Shown piece by piece: positions 35,774 through 44,467 of a stretch of 64,000 bases of DNA. Location of the stretch: positions 32,001 to 96,000 of the IMG/VR virus record IMGVR_UViG_3300017917_002765. One strand, given 5' to 3'. Position numbers and translations under genes: made by a program. Below the pieces are notes generated by a model. The model was not told where the DNA came from. It saw only the letters and a list, made by a program, of their open reading frames with translations, and searched no databases. The stretch's first letter is position 1, and each line of letters starts with the position of its first letter. The stretch comes from a virus.

Positions 35774-37207
35774 TTAGACAGTTACTGCTGAGTAACGTGC
35801 TGAGTTAACAACATCCAGCATCATAGATACTGGAGTTAAATCCTTGCCAGCCAACAAGTTTGTAAGCAACGCTGGGCTGAAACCAGACACCAACGCAGTA
35901 CCGTTCTTGTCAAAGTGAACTGGGAAATTATCACTTCTGGACTGAATGTTCCAGTAAACAACCTTTGGCATTTTGTACCCAGCTTCAGCATACATCTTTT
36001 CAAACATTTGCTGAGCTGAAAGTCCATTATTACCACGAGTTCCAGCGTTGAACTCCATGTCTGACATAATCAGAATCATGGTTGGCATCTCTTCCGCAGA
36101 CACATTAGAAGCCTTAGCTTTTTCAAGTATCAAACGGAATACAGCCTCAACGTTGGTTGACATCGCCCAATCAGCACTTGACAACTGATTGAATCTCTCT
36201 TGCAAATTACCACTAAGGATTTGCAATTGAGGGTTGGTTGAGAAGGTAACAAACGCATCCTTGAAAGGACCAACGTTACGTTCAGAGATGTACAATCCCA
36301 AAGAGACTGCAACATCCATACAAGTAACATTAGGGTTGTTACCAGCTTGGCATCCCATAGAACCAGACACGTCAACTACTGGCAAGAATCTTTCCGCATT
36401 ACCTTCAAGGTAGTTTGGAAGCGCATTCCATTGTGTGTTAGCTCCAGACTTGTCACCAAATCTCAAGTTCTTCACAATGTCATATGGGTATACGGCACCA
36501 GCGTTGATTTTAGTCTCACCCTTGTTAACACTTTCCAAGTAAGCACTGAAACGCTCCTTGTCGTGTTTGCTGAACGCTTTCATCAAGTCGCTCATAGCCT
36601 TAGAAGGTAACTTAGAGTACTCAATAGCTGACCACTCATTAGCACACATCAATTGCTCAACGGTGTTAGAGTTTTCAACCAACAACTTACGGTATTCTTT
36701 TGGAGAAAGACCCAAGTGCTTTCTTAGAGCAGCAGACCATCTTTTCTTTTCACGGTTGCTAACGTTAGGACGTGGCATCCACTTGGCACAAAGACCATTC
36801 TTGTCTGCCAAACCTTTAGCGATAAGGTCAAGAGCCTCATTTTCAAGAGGTGTTCCAACCAAAACTAAAAGGTCATCCCATCTACCGAATTCTGAAATCA
36901 AGTGAAGGTTTTTAACCAACACTTCCTTACGATTAGCTGCAAGGTATTCGATGATGTCACGGAAGATTTTTCTTTCCCCAGCTCCACCACGAACGTCACG
37001 TGCCCAGAACAATAGCTTCATAGCTGTCAACGGATTCTCACCGAATGCTTTTGTGAAAGCATTGATAAGACGGCTCTTATCTTGGCCTCTCATTGCACCA
37101 ATCTGGAAAAACAAGTTTACACAGTGGTTTAAAGAAGATGAGTTAGTCACCATACCGTTTTCAGTAAGCGAATCATTTGTTTGCATTGCAGCTAATAAAG
37201 TATTCAT
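35774..37207 (-). CDS. DUF2828 / TROVE-like vWA protein
   Basis: TENG; LFWARDVRGGAGER; FGRWDDL; AKWMPR; DVSGSM; SDMEF; VYWN; LVSGFSP. Confidence 0.9.
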   Translation of the reverse strand: MNTLLAAMQTNDSLTENGMVTNSSSLNHCVNLFFQIGAMRGQDKSRLINAFTKAFGENPLTAMKLLFWARDVRGGAGERKIFRDIIEYLAANRKEVLVKNLHLISEFGRWDDLLVLVGTPLENEALDLIAKGLADKNGLCAKWMPRPNVSNREKKRWSAALRKHLGLSPKEYRKLLVENSNTVEQLMCANEWSAIEYSKLPSKAMSDLMKAFSKHDKERFSAYLESVNKGETKINAGAVYPYDIVKNLRFGDKSGANTQWNALPNYLEGNAERFLPVVDVSGSMGCQAGNNPNVTCMDVAVSLGLYISERNVGPFKDAFVTFSTNPQLQILSGNLQERFNQLSSADWAMSTNVEAVFRLILEKAKASNVSAEEMPTMILIMSDMEFNAGTRGNNGLSAQQMFEKMYAEAGYKMPKVVYWNIQSRSDNFPVHFDKNGTALVSGFSPALLTNLLAGKDLTPVSMMLDVVNSARYSAVTV

Positions 37208-37271
37208 AAATTTGGTTTTAGTTAGTAAATTTGGTTAAGTGATGCAAAAGTACGAAGATTTTTTCTTGTTG

Positions 37272-37490
37272 TCAAGTTTTTTTCAAAAAAAATTTTTTAC
37301 GCTTCTTTTTTTCTTTGATTTTTGTTGATGTTTTTACAGTGTCAAGACCGTTTTTTACAGTGTCAACACCTTGTTTTTGTAAAATATTTGGCAATTCCAA
37401 GTTATGTTTTTTAGGTAATATTAATTCTTCTTTTTCGCAAGAAGATAATGTTACAACAAACAAAATAGCCAATAATTTAACAAATTTCAT
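37272..37490 (-). CDS. Small lipoprotein
   Basis: Lipobox LSSC. Confidence 0.6.
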   Translation of the reverse strand: MKFVKLLAILFVVTLSSCEKEELILPKKHNLELPNILQKQGVDTVKNGLDTVKTSTKIKEKKKRKKFFLKKT

Positions 37491-37526
37491 TTTGCAAAAG
37501 TATTAAATCTTTTTGAATAAACCAAA

Positions 37527-38138
37527 TTATTTAACAAAATTTTTTACGTAAAGTGTTCTATGATATCTGTTGGCACCGTGCTGCTTTAATGCAGATATAT
37601 GGTCTGGGGTTAAATAACCCTTATTCTTAACCCAATTATACTCAGGATGTATTTCATGTAGTTTACTCATGTAATCATCTCTTCTAACCTTCGCTACTAT
37701 TGCCGCAGCAGCTATGCATGTATAGGTATCATCACCTTTTGGGACCAAAGTATATTTGTTATCTGAATTGGTACCTGTATAGTCTTCCCATACAGTTCCA
37801 TCAATTAGTAAGTATTCTGGTCTAACACTAAGATTATCAATACACTTATGCATAGTGTTGAATGTGGTTTTATTGATTCCTACTTCATTAATTTCAATAG
37901 CAGAACCAGCATGGCAAGCAACCGATATAGCATTTTCCATGATTAGCTTGTACGCTTCATTACGTTGCTTTTCAGAAAGCTTTTTGGAATCTCTAATAAG
38001 TGGTGAAGAAAACCCTTTTGGTAGGATTACAGCAGCCGTAACAACTGGACCAGCACCACAACCACGACCAACTTCATCTAAACCAGATACATAAGTATGT
38101 TCAGGCCAATCCTGTAGTATCTTTTTTTCTTTTGCCAT
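37527..38138 (-). CDS. rnhB: Ribonuclease HII
   Basis: GLDEVGRG..GPV; DSKKL; LIDG; KGD..IAAA.IVAKV.RD; KGY.T..H. Confidence 0.95.
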   Translation of the reverse strand: MAKEKKILQDWPEHTYVSGLDEVGRGCGAGPVVTAAVILPKGFSSPLIRDSKKLSEKQRNEAYKLIMENAISVACHAGSAIEINEVGINKTTFNTMHKCIDNLSVRPEYLLIDGTVWEDYTGTNSDNKYTLVPKGDDTYTCIAAAAIVAKVRRDDYMSKLHEIHPEYNWVKNKGYLTPDHISALKQHGANRYHRTLYVKNFVK

Positions 38139-38150
38139 TAGGCAAAGGTA

Positions 38151-38372
38151 CTAAACCTTTTTGAATTTAACAAGTATACCACCCAACATGGCTTCAAATT
38201 CGTCAGTTGGTTCAAACTTGGTTGCGTATGGGTTTGCTTTGTAAAATAGTTCTTCATTTATTTTAAGCAATTCAACTTCTGGAAGTTCATACGTTAACAC
38301 CAACCCACGCTTTTGTATTTTTTCGTTTTCAACAATAAGTGAAACGGTTTCTATTAATTGTAGATAAGTCAT
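38151..38372 (-). CDS. Hypothetical protein
   Basis: ORF in operon. Confidence 0.65.
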   Translation of the reverse strand: MTYLQLIETVSLIVENEKIQKRGLVLTYELPEVELLKINEELFYKANPYATKFEPTDEFEAMLGGILVKFKKV

Positions 38373-38375
38373 AGT

Positions 38376-38615
38376 TTAAAACTTTGTGAATATTTTTTTA
38401 AGCCAATTGATGAACTTTTCGTATCTTGTTTTTTCAACGATTGTTACACGACCGCCTTTTTGTTTTATTTCAGAACCCAAACCATATTTTATTTCATTGG
38501 CGAATTTAACTTTATTTACAGCTGTTGCTATGGTTTCTTTGACCATCGCTTCTCTTTCATATTTTATTTCAAAGTCAAGCTCGGAATCTGATAATTGGTT
38601 TACATCTTTTTCCAT
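38376..38615 (-). CDS. Hypothetical protein
   Basis: ORF in operon. Confidence 0.6.
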   Translation of the reverse strand: MEKDVNQLSDSELDFEIKYEREAMVKETIATAVNKVKFANEIKYGLGSEIKQKGGRVTIVEKTRYEKFINWLKKIFTKF

Positions 38616-39148
38616 ATATTGTTTATTTTACTAGTCATTCCATCATATAAAGGACTAGGTAAATTATCTTTTGAAAACCATCCCCAATCCAAATTTTCTT
38701 TGTCTAATTTAGGTTTAAATTCATTAGAAGTCAAGCCCTCATAATAATGAAATATCATGTTTTTTTCTTCTATATTTTCAACATCAATCTTTTTCATCTT
38801 AACTATACTAGAGCTAATTGATAACTCTTCTTCTATTTCACGATTAAGACATTCCATTGGGTCTTCACCATCTTTTAATTCTCCAGACACCAATGACCAT
38901 TTGGGTGTCTTATCATTACGAAGAAGAAGCAATACATTATCTGTATCTTCTGATTTAATTAAAACACCAGCAGCCTTCATTATCTTCTTTTCTTCTTTTA
39001 TATTATCTGGTGTGTTATCAAACCCACACTTGTGACAAAAATACATGTCTGGTCCAGATTCTGATTTTTTCCAAGACCAACCACACTTCTTGCATTTAAT
39101 GGTTTTATCAATCGCTTCTCTGAATAATTGTTTAATTAACTCTTTCAT
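38600..39148 (-). CDS. Nudix hydrolase with N-terminal Zn ribbon
   Basis: CKKCGW..CHKCG; G....GE....CLNREIEEE. Confidence 0.85.
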   Translation of the reverse strand: MKELIKQLFREAIDKTIKCKKCGWSWKKSESGPDMYFCHKCGFDNTPDNIKEEKKIMKAAGVLIKSEDTDNVLLLLRNDKTPKWSLVSGELKDGEDPMECLNREIEEELSISSSIVKMKKIDVENIEEKNMIFHYYEGLTSNEFKPKLDKENLDWGWFSKDNLPSPLYDGMTSKINNIWKKM

Positions 39149-39200
39149 ACTAATAAATATTGACTAATTGGTCTAGGTTTTGTATATTTGAAATAAAACT

Positions 39201-39542
39201 ATGGCTATACTAACTTTTATTCTTATCTGTTATGGTGCTTGCAATAACATGATTTACGGTTCCATCTTTGAAGGGTGGAGAAACTTCATTGCCAAATTTG
39301 GTGTTGGAGGATACAGCTTGCATAAATTATTTACTTGTTTTATGTGTCTTGGTACTTGGATGGGTTTTGCCGTTTCTTTATTGATGTTTCATTTTGGTTA
39401 CGGTGATAAAACACCAATTGGTTCTTTAGGCATTACAGACATTTACCTGATGACTTTTTTGAATGGTTTGCTATCCGCAGGTGGTGTTTGGATTCTTCAC
39501 ACAATACAAGAAGCATTTGAACGACATTACCAACAACAATAA
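39201..39542 (+). CDS. DUF1360-like membrane protein
   Basis: LFTCFMCLGTW. Confidence 0.65.
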   Translation: MAILTFILICYGACNNMIYGSIFEGWRNFIAKFGVGGYSLHKLFTCFMCLGTWMGFAVSLLMFHFGYGDKTPIGSLGITDIYLMTFLNGLLSAGGVWILHTIQEAFERHYQQQ

Positions 39543-39570
39543 AAAAAGCCCCTTTATGGGGCTTTATTTT
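39541..39570. terminator. Bidirectional terminator
   Basis: AAAGCCCC-TTTAT-GGGGCTTT between convergent genes. Confidence 0.8.
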
Positions 39571-40280
39571 TAGAATCCTTTCTTGTCTATACATTTAGAA
39601 CAAGCTTCATCTGGTCCACATTCACAATCAGAATCATAATCATCAGCAATAGCCATTTCAATCTTCTTCTTTGGTGGAAGTTCAATTTTAGCAGCAGGAC
39701 TTGGTTTTTTCTTTTGCGCTATGGCTTTCCTATTCCTTTCTGCTCTTGCTTCTTCCTCAAGTATTTCTTTTTCTTCTTCAGTCAATTGAATAGGTGTTTT
39801 ATTTTCATCAACATAAATTATTTGTTCGATTGGTTTTTCTGGTAATTCTACTGTTGGATGCTCAGCTGATATTTCATCATATGTATCATCCACTTCAAAA
39901 TCATCTAGTTTTGGTACCAAATCTTCATCAGCAAACGTAAACTTAAGTCTACTAAGTTTAGCTAATGTGGTTCTTTTAAATAGTTCTTTCAGTTCATTAA
40001 CTTTAACCTTAAGAAGTTCATGTTTTTTCTCACGTTCCTCGTTTAACTTTATTGTTTTCGCTACGTAATCCAATAATTCATCCAACCCAATGCCTTTTGT
40101 TTCACTGAATATCATATAGTAATTCAATTCGTCATTTCCTTTTATTTTTTTAACTGATTGGTCATCTGGGACTGTCCAACCATCTTTAAAAACAGCATCA
40201 ACCAATGGTGTGCCTTCTAAATAACGAATACCAATAACATATGGTTGTAATGAATCAAGTGTTTTTTGTATATTTGACAT
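39570..40280 (-). CDS. Hypothetical protein
   Basis: Coiled coil; C-terminal CEC..CSKC. Confidence 0.7.
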   Translation of the reverse strand: MSNIQKTLDSLQPYVIGIRYLEGTPLVDAVFKDGWTVPDDQSVKKIKGNDELNYYMIFSETKGIGLDELLDYVAKTIKLNEEREKKHELLKVKVNELKELFKRTTLAKLSRLKFTFADEDLVPKLDDFEVDDTYDEISAEHPTVELPEKPIEQIIYVDENKTPIQLTEEEKEILEEEARAERNRKAIAQKKKPSPAAKIELPPKKKIEMAIADDYDSDCECGPDEACSKCIDKKGF

Positions 40281-40284
40281 GTAT

Positions 40285-40497
40285 TTATATTTTAAAACCA
40301 GTAAAGATTACAGTTAATATATAGGATATCGATGTTCCTAAGAAAAATAGAGACCATGATGATAACTTATACTTAACTGGAATTTCCTCAGTTGATGTCA
40401 TGAAAGCTTGTATAAAATAATATCCATGTCTAATTACTACCAAACAAGATAGAAAAAACAAAGCAATCAAAAACTTATTTAATAATACAATTAACAT
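40285..40497 (-). CDS. Small membrane protein
   Basis: Two TMs. Confidence 0.6.
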   Translation of the reverse strand: MLIVLLNKFLIALFFLSCLVVIRHGYYFIQAFMTSTEEIPVKYKLSSWSLFFLGTSISYILTVIFTGFKI

Positions 40498-40500
40498 TTA

Positions 40501-40701
40501 TTAAGCTTCTGTTGATTCACCTGATTCTTCTGTTTTATTCTTAGTAGAAACCTCTATTCTAATTTCTTGAGCAACTGCTTTGATGTCTTGTAACCCTTTT
40601 CTAAGTCTTACACCAGCCGCTTTGTTATCTCTCTCAAAAAATTTTGTTGCATCTTCTTGTAGATTCTCAACAAGTGTTTTTAATTCATTAAACTTTTCCA
40701 T
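40501..40701 (-). CDS. Histone H1-like (Hc1 family) protein
   Basis: DATKF..NKAAGVR.RK.LQ.IK..AQ.IR. Confidence 0.75.
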   Translation of the reverse strand: MEKFNELKTLVENLQEDATKFFERDNKAAGVRLRKGLQDIKAVAQEIRIEVSTKNKTEESGESTEA

Positions 40702-40921
40702 TTTCTTGTTTGGTTTTTGTTTGTTCGTTATTTAACATAGTCATAAACTTACCTAAACTAAGTTCACATATTGCTATGTCTTTAAGTAATTTTTTAATCG
40801 TAAAAACTTTATTGTCGGTATCAATGTCTAAATTAACACTGCGTTCCAACTCTGTTTCTAAACGAAGTTTTTCAGTTGTCATATCCGAAATGACTAATTC
40901 GATAAATCTTTGTGTATTCAT
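40688..40921 (-). CDS. Hypothetical protein
   Basis: ORF in operon. Confidence 0.6.
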   Translation of the reverse strand: MNTQRFIELVISDMTTEKLRLETELERSVNLDIDTDNKVFTIKKLLKDIAICELSLGKFMTMLNNEQTKTKQENGKV

Positions 40922-40969
40922 ATAGTAAAACTAATGATTTTTATGTAAAAATAAATAGTAAATCCAATA

Positions 40970-41437
40970 TTATTTTAAAGAAGCATCCATTAATTTATAA
41001 ATTTCAATAAAAGTATCCATTTCAGAATTAGTTTTTATTTTAGTATAATCAAATATTTCACCCCATAATTTAAGACTAACTCTATCAATATAATCTATAG
41101 GTTTTTTTTCCAAAGAATAGAAAACTTCAAGCATATATTGTAAAAAATAATCGTATAACTTGACGCTATCTATCACTATCCCTTCAGATGTAAAATTTGA
41201 TACATTCTTGTTCCAACACCACTTGAAGTGATTAACCTGACTGTTTGTAGTATTGGTTACATCGTCACCCAAATAAGTTTCATAAATAAGCCTTAACAAG
41301 GATTGCACATAATCACCATAAAGTTCACATCTATCAAACTTTACGTTATTAGCGTCATACATAACCATGATGCTTTCCTTGCTCATAGGATTATTTATAT
41401 AGCTGAAAAAATCCCTATTTTTTCCATCACTACTCAT
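40970..41437 (-). CDS. Hypothetical protein
   Basis: TYLGDD..HFKWCW motif. Confidence 0.7.
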   Translation of the reverse strand: MSSDGKNRDFFSYINNPMSKESIMVMYDANNVKFDRCELYGDYVQSLLRLIYETYLGDDVTNTTNSQVNHFKWCWNKNVSNFTSEGIVIDSVKLYDYFLQYMLEVFYSLEKKPIDYIDRVSLKLWGEIFDYTKIKTNSEMDTFIEIYKLMDASLK

Positions 41438-41476
41438 ATTATTTAAATATAAGTAGTTGATTTTCAAAATAAACAC

Positions 41477-42091
41477 TTATGCTTTTAACCAAGCGTAAAA
41501 TTGATTGGTTTTAGCTGTTCTATCATCCAAACCATGTGTTCCACCATTTATTTTTTTGGTAATGGATAAAATTGTTTCCGCATTTACACCTTTATCAGCA
41601 ATTTCCCATAATTTATTTTTTGTAAAGAAAAACATAGCTGATTCAAAAGATAATTCAGTTGCAACCAATTCTGGATTTGTCATGATTTCTGGTTTGTTTA
41701 AGTGTTCTGATAATTGTCTATAGTTGTCTTTACCAGTTGTTTGTAAGGCACCTCTACCTCTGAATAAAAACCCTTCTTTTGATGCTTCGTTACCATTTCC
41801 CATTCTATTGGCATAAACTCTAGATGCTATTTTTTCTGGATTTTTAGCATATAATTCAGCTAAATTACCTGGAAAATACTTAGTAAAAACTTTATTTAAA
41901 CCATCCACCGAATAATTTAAATTTTCAGTGAATGTTGAGTAATTTCCAGTTTCATGTGCTGTTTGTCCAAAAAAGTGTGCAGCTCTTTCTGGTGTTAGGT
42001 TAAAAAAAGCAGCTGCTTTTTTCAAAGTAGTTGGTCCAAATACACCATCAGGTGTGACACCAATTTTTTCTTGTAGTTTTTTTAAACTCAT
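41477..42091 (-). CDS. GH19 endolysin with peptidoglycan-binding domain
   Basis: LQ..IGV..DGVFGPTT; QTAHET; ENLNYS; RGRGALQTTG; TKKINGG..GLDDR. Confidence 0.9.
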   Translation of the reverse strand: MSLKKLQEKIGVTPDGVFGPTTLKKAAAFFNLTPERAAHFFGQTAHETGNYSTFTENLNYSVDGLNKVFTKYFPGNLAELYAKNPEKIASRVYANRMGNGNEASKEGFLFRGRGALQTTGKDNYRQLSEHLNKPEIMTNPELVATELSFESAMFFFTKNKLWEIADKGVNAETILSITKKINGGTHGLDDRTAKTNQFYAWLKA

Positions 42092-42114
42092 GGCTTTTGT
42101 TTTAGGTTTATTTA

Positions 42115-42792
42115 TTATTCTTTTTTATCGGATGCATATTTAACACCCATTATTGTACCGACAATACTAAATGCATTAGTTAAAAGAATACCAAACATGT
42201 TGCTCCATGTTGAACCAATTATTTGTGTTTCTTTATTCATAAAGATAGCAACTAAATATAAAATTGTTGTTGTTATTCCAACTCCAACGATTACATATAA
42301 GGCACTTTTAACTATTGTATTGATGAGTTCAAATTGAGTTTTCTTTTGAAGGACATCTAAATCGTTTTCAACATTCTTTTTAGCGTTTTCAGCTTCCTGT
42401 CTTGCCAATTCAGATTTTTTCATTTCTTCAACAAGTTCTCTACCAATTCTTTCATTATCTTCTTTCCAAGCAATCAATTCTCTATTTTGCAATTCAATCT
42501 GATTTTTTGAATCTTCAACACTTTTTAGTGTTTCTTGGATTTCAACCATCATTTTCTCGTTTTCATTATTAAGGTCAGATAACTCTTTATTTTTTGTTTG
42601 GATTTGTTTTGTCATTTCCAGACGTTTCTTACGAACTTCTTTATCTCTAGTAAAACAATCATCAAGATACTTCTTGAATTCTTCGTCACCAGATGAATCA
42701 ATTAGTCTAATAATATTACCTTCTAACCCTATATTTTTTTTATTATATAGTTCTATAAGGTCTTTTCTAGTTGTTTCATCTAACTGTATCAT
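42115..42792 (-). CDS. Coiled-coil protein with two C-terminal TMs
   Basis: Long coiled coil; LLTNAFSIVGTIMGVKY. Confidence 0.75.
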   Translation of the reverse strand: MIQLDETTRKDLIELYNKKNIGLEGNIIRLIDSSGDEEFKKYLDDCFTRDKEVRKKRLEMTKQIQTKNKELSDLNNENEKMMVEIQETLKSVEDSKNQIELQNRELIAWKEDNERIGRELVEEMKKSELARQEAENAKKNVENDLDVLQKKTQFELINTIVKSALYVIVGVGITTTILYLVAIFMNKETQIIGSTWSNMFGILLTNAFSIVGTIMGVKYASDKKE

Positions 42793-43223
42793 TATTTGTA
42801 AATTTTAAAAGGTGCCGTTCTATTCTTATAGCCTTTGTAATCTTTTTTAAATTCCTCTAGTCTTGGTTCTATTTCGTCTGACTTAATAATCCAGAATTGA
42901 GCACCAGCTTGAATTGCTTTAGCTTGTTCTTCTGATTCGTTTGATGAAGAAATAATACCAATTACCACATGGTTACCGTATTCAAAATTGATTCGTCTAA
43001 TTAATTCTATACCATCAAATGATGAACCAATTATGTTTAAATCAACAAATACACATTCTGGTTTGTCTTGCGGGTCCTTATACCATTTCTTAAACAATTC
43101 AGCAGCTTCATCTGAACTCTTTAACGTTTTAAGTGATAGTGTAATGTCTAATAGACTGCAACAGTCTTCAAAAACTAAGTGGAATAAATCCTCATCATCC
43201 ACCAACAACAATGAATCAATCAT
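42792..43223 (-). CDS. Single-domain response regulator
   Basis: LLVDDED; VFVDLN; DGIEL; IISSS; GA..IIK. Confidence 0.9.
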   Translation of the reverse strand: MIDSLLLVDDEDLFHLVFEDCCSLLDITLSLKTLKSSDEAAELFKKWYKDPQDKPECVFVDLNIIGSSFDGIELIRRINFEYGNHVVIGIISSSNESEEQAKAIQAGAQFWIIKSDEIEPRLEEFKKDYKGYKNRTAPFKIYK

Positions 43224-43224
43224 T

Positions 43225-44352
43225 TTAATTTGTTTTATTTAAGTTTATTGTTATTTTTGTACCAATTTCCAATTTTTCGGAAGTTATTTTAAATCCGTGT
43301 TCCTTAAGTATTGCAACACATATATTTAACCCTAAACCGCTGCCACTTTCTTTTTGACCTTCTTTTCTTGTATAAGGTTTTGATAGTTTTAAAAACTCTT
43401 CTTGTGTTAAACCTCTACCATTATCTTGTATTATTATTTCATTAGGATTTTCAAAATAAACTTTAACTATTTTAGTACTACTGTCATTATATTTCAAACC
43501 ATTTCTAATCAAATTATCTATTGCAGTACAAAATAATGGTTCATTAACTTCTATTGTGGGTAAACTATCATCTAAGATTACTTGAGAAACATATGCTGTC
43601 GAGGACAAATAGTCTTTGAGAATGTCTTTGATATTACACATAGTTTTTGTTAGACAAGCATCTTTTTTAACTAGATTTGTAAATTCATAAACACCTTTAT
43701 AAACCTTTTGAGTGTGTCTAAGCCCTTCTTTAATCATTTTCATAGGGGCCTCTATTTTAAGATTTTCAATATCTTCTGGTTTTAATCTACGTTCAAGTGA
43801 ACTTAATCCTCTTGGTATGTAAGTGTTGATACCAGAGTGCATATCGTGACGTATGATTTTAGCAGCGTGTTCTAAATAGGTGTTTTTTCTCTCTATTTCA
43901 TCTTTTGCAGCCATTATTTCGGTAACGTCTTGTCTAATAGAAACAAAACCTTTAAGACTTCCAATTTCATCAAATTCTGCTTTAATAAAAGTGTCTACAT
44001 AATATAATTCACCATTTTTTGTTTTATTGATACAGACACCATTCCATATTTTTTTATCTTTAAGAACCGTTTTGTACATTTCAAACCACATGTCCTTTGG
44101 ATGAATACCAGAATTGAGAATATTATGGTCTTTACCTATAACTTCATGCAATTTCCACCCAGATACAATTTCAAACTTTTTGTTAACATATGTTATCTTA
44201 CCATGTTTATCAGCTTTGGTTATAATAGCAGCTTCATCAATAAAAGCTTCTAGTTCACGCAATTCTTTAACAACCTTATCATTCTTAATAAATGATGTTA
44301 AAGCATAGAGATTGCATTTAAATTTATTAAAAAAATTTTTAAAAACTTCCAT
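43225..44352 (-). CDS. PAS-domain sensor histidine kinase
   Basis: PAS; IRHD H-box; NLIRNGLKY; DNGRG; GSGLGL. Confidence 0.93.
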   Translation of the reverse strand: MEVFKNFFNKFKCNLYALTSFIKNDKVVKELRELEAFIDEAAIITKADKHGKITYVNKKFEIVSGWKLHEVIGKDHNILNSGIHPKDMWFEMYKTVLKDKKIWNGVCINKTKNGELYYVDTFIKAEFDEIGSLKGFVSIRQDVTEIMAAKDEIERKNTYLEHAAKIIRHDMHSGINTYIPRGLSSLERRLKPEDIENLKIEAPMKMIKEGLRHTQKVYKGVYEFTNLVKKDACLTKTMCNIKDILKDYLSSTAYVSQVILDDSLPTIEVNEPLFCTAIDNLIRNGLKYNDSSTKIVKVYFENPNEIIIQDNGRGLTQEEFLKLSKPYTRKEGQKESGSGLGLNICVAILKEHGFKITSEKLEIGTKITINLNKTN

Positions 44353-44419
44353 TTATACTAACAAACTATTTACTTTTTTATTTTATAACCTTTGTCACTT
44401 ATAAATATCTTTATAAAAT

Positions 44420-44448
44420 AAAAAACCCCCTAAATTAGGGGGTTTTTT
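44420..44448. terminator. Intrinsic terminator
   Basis: AAAAAACCCCCTA-AAT-TAGGGGGTTTTTT. Confidence 0.85.
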
Positions 44449-44467
44449 GTATTGTTAATATAAATGA

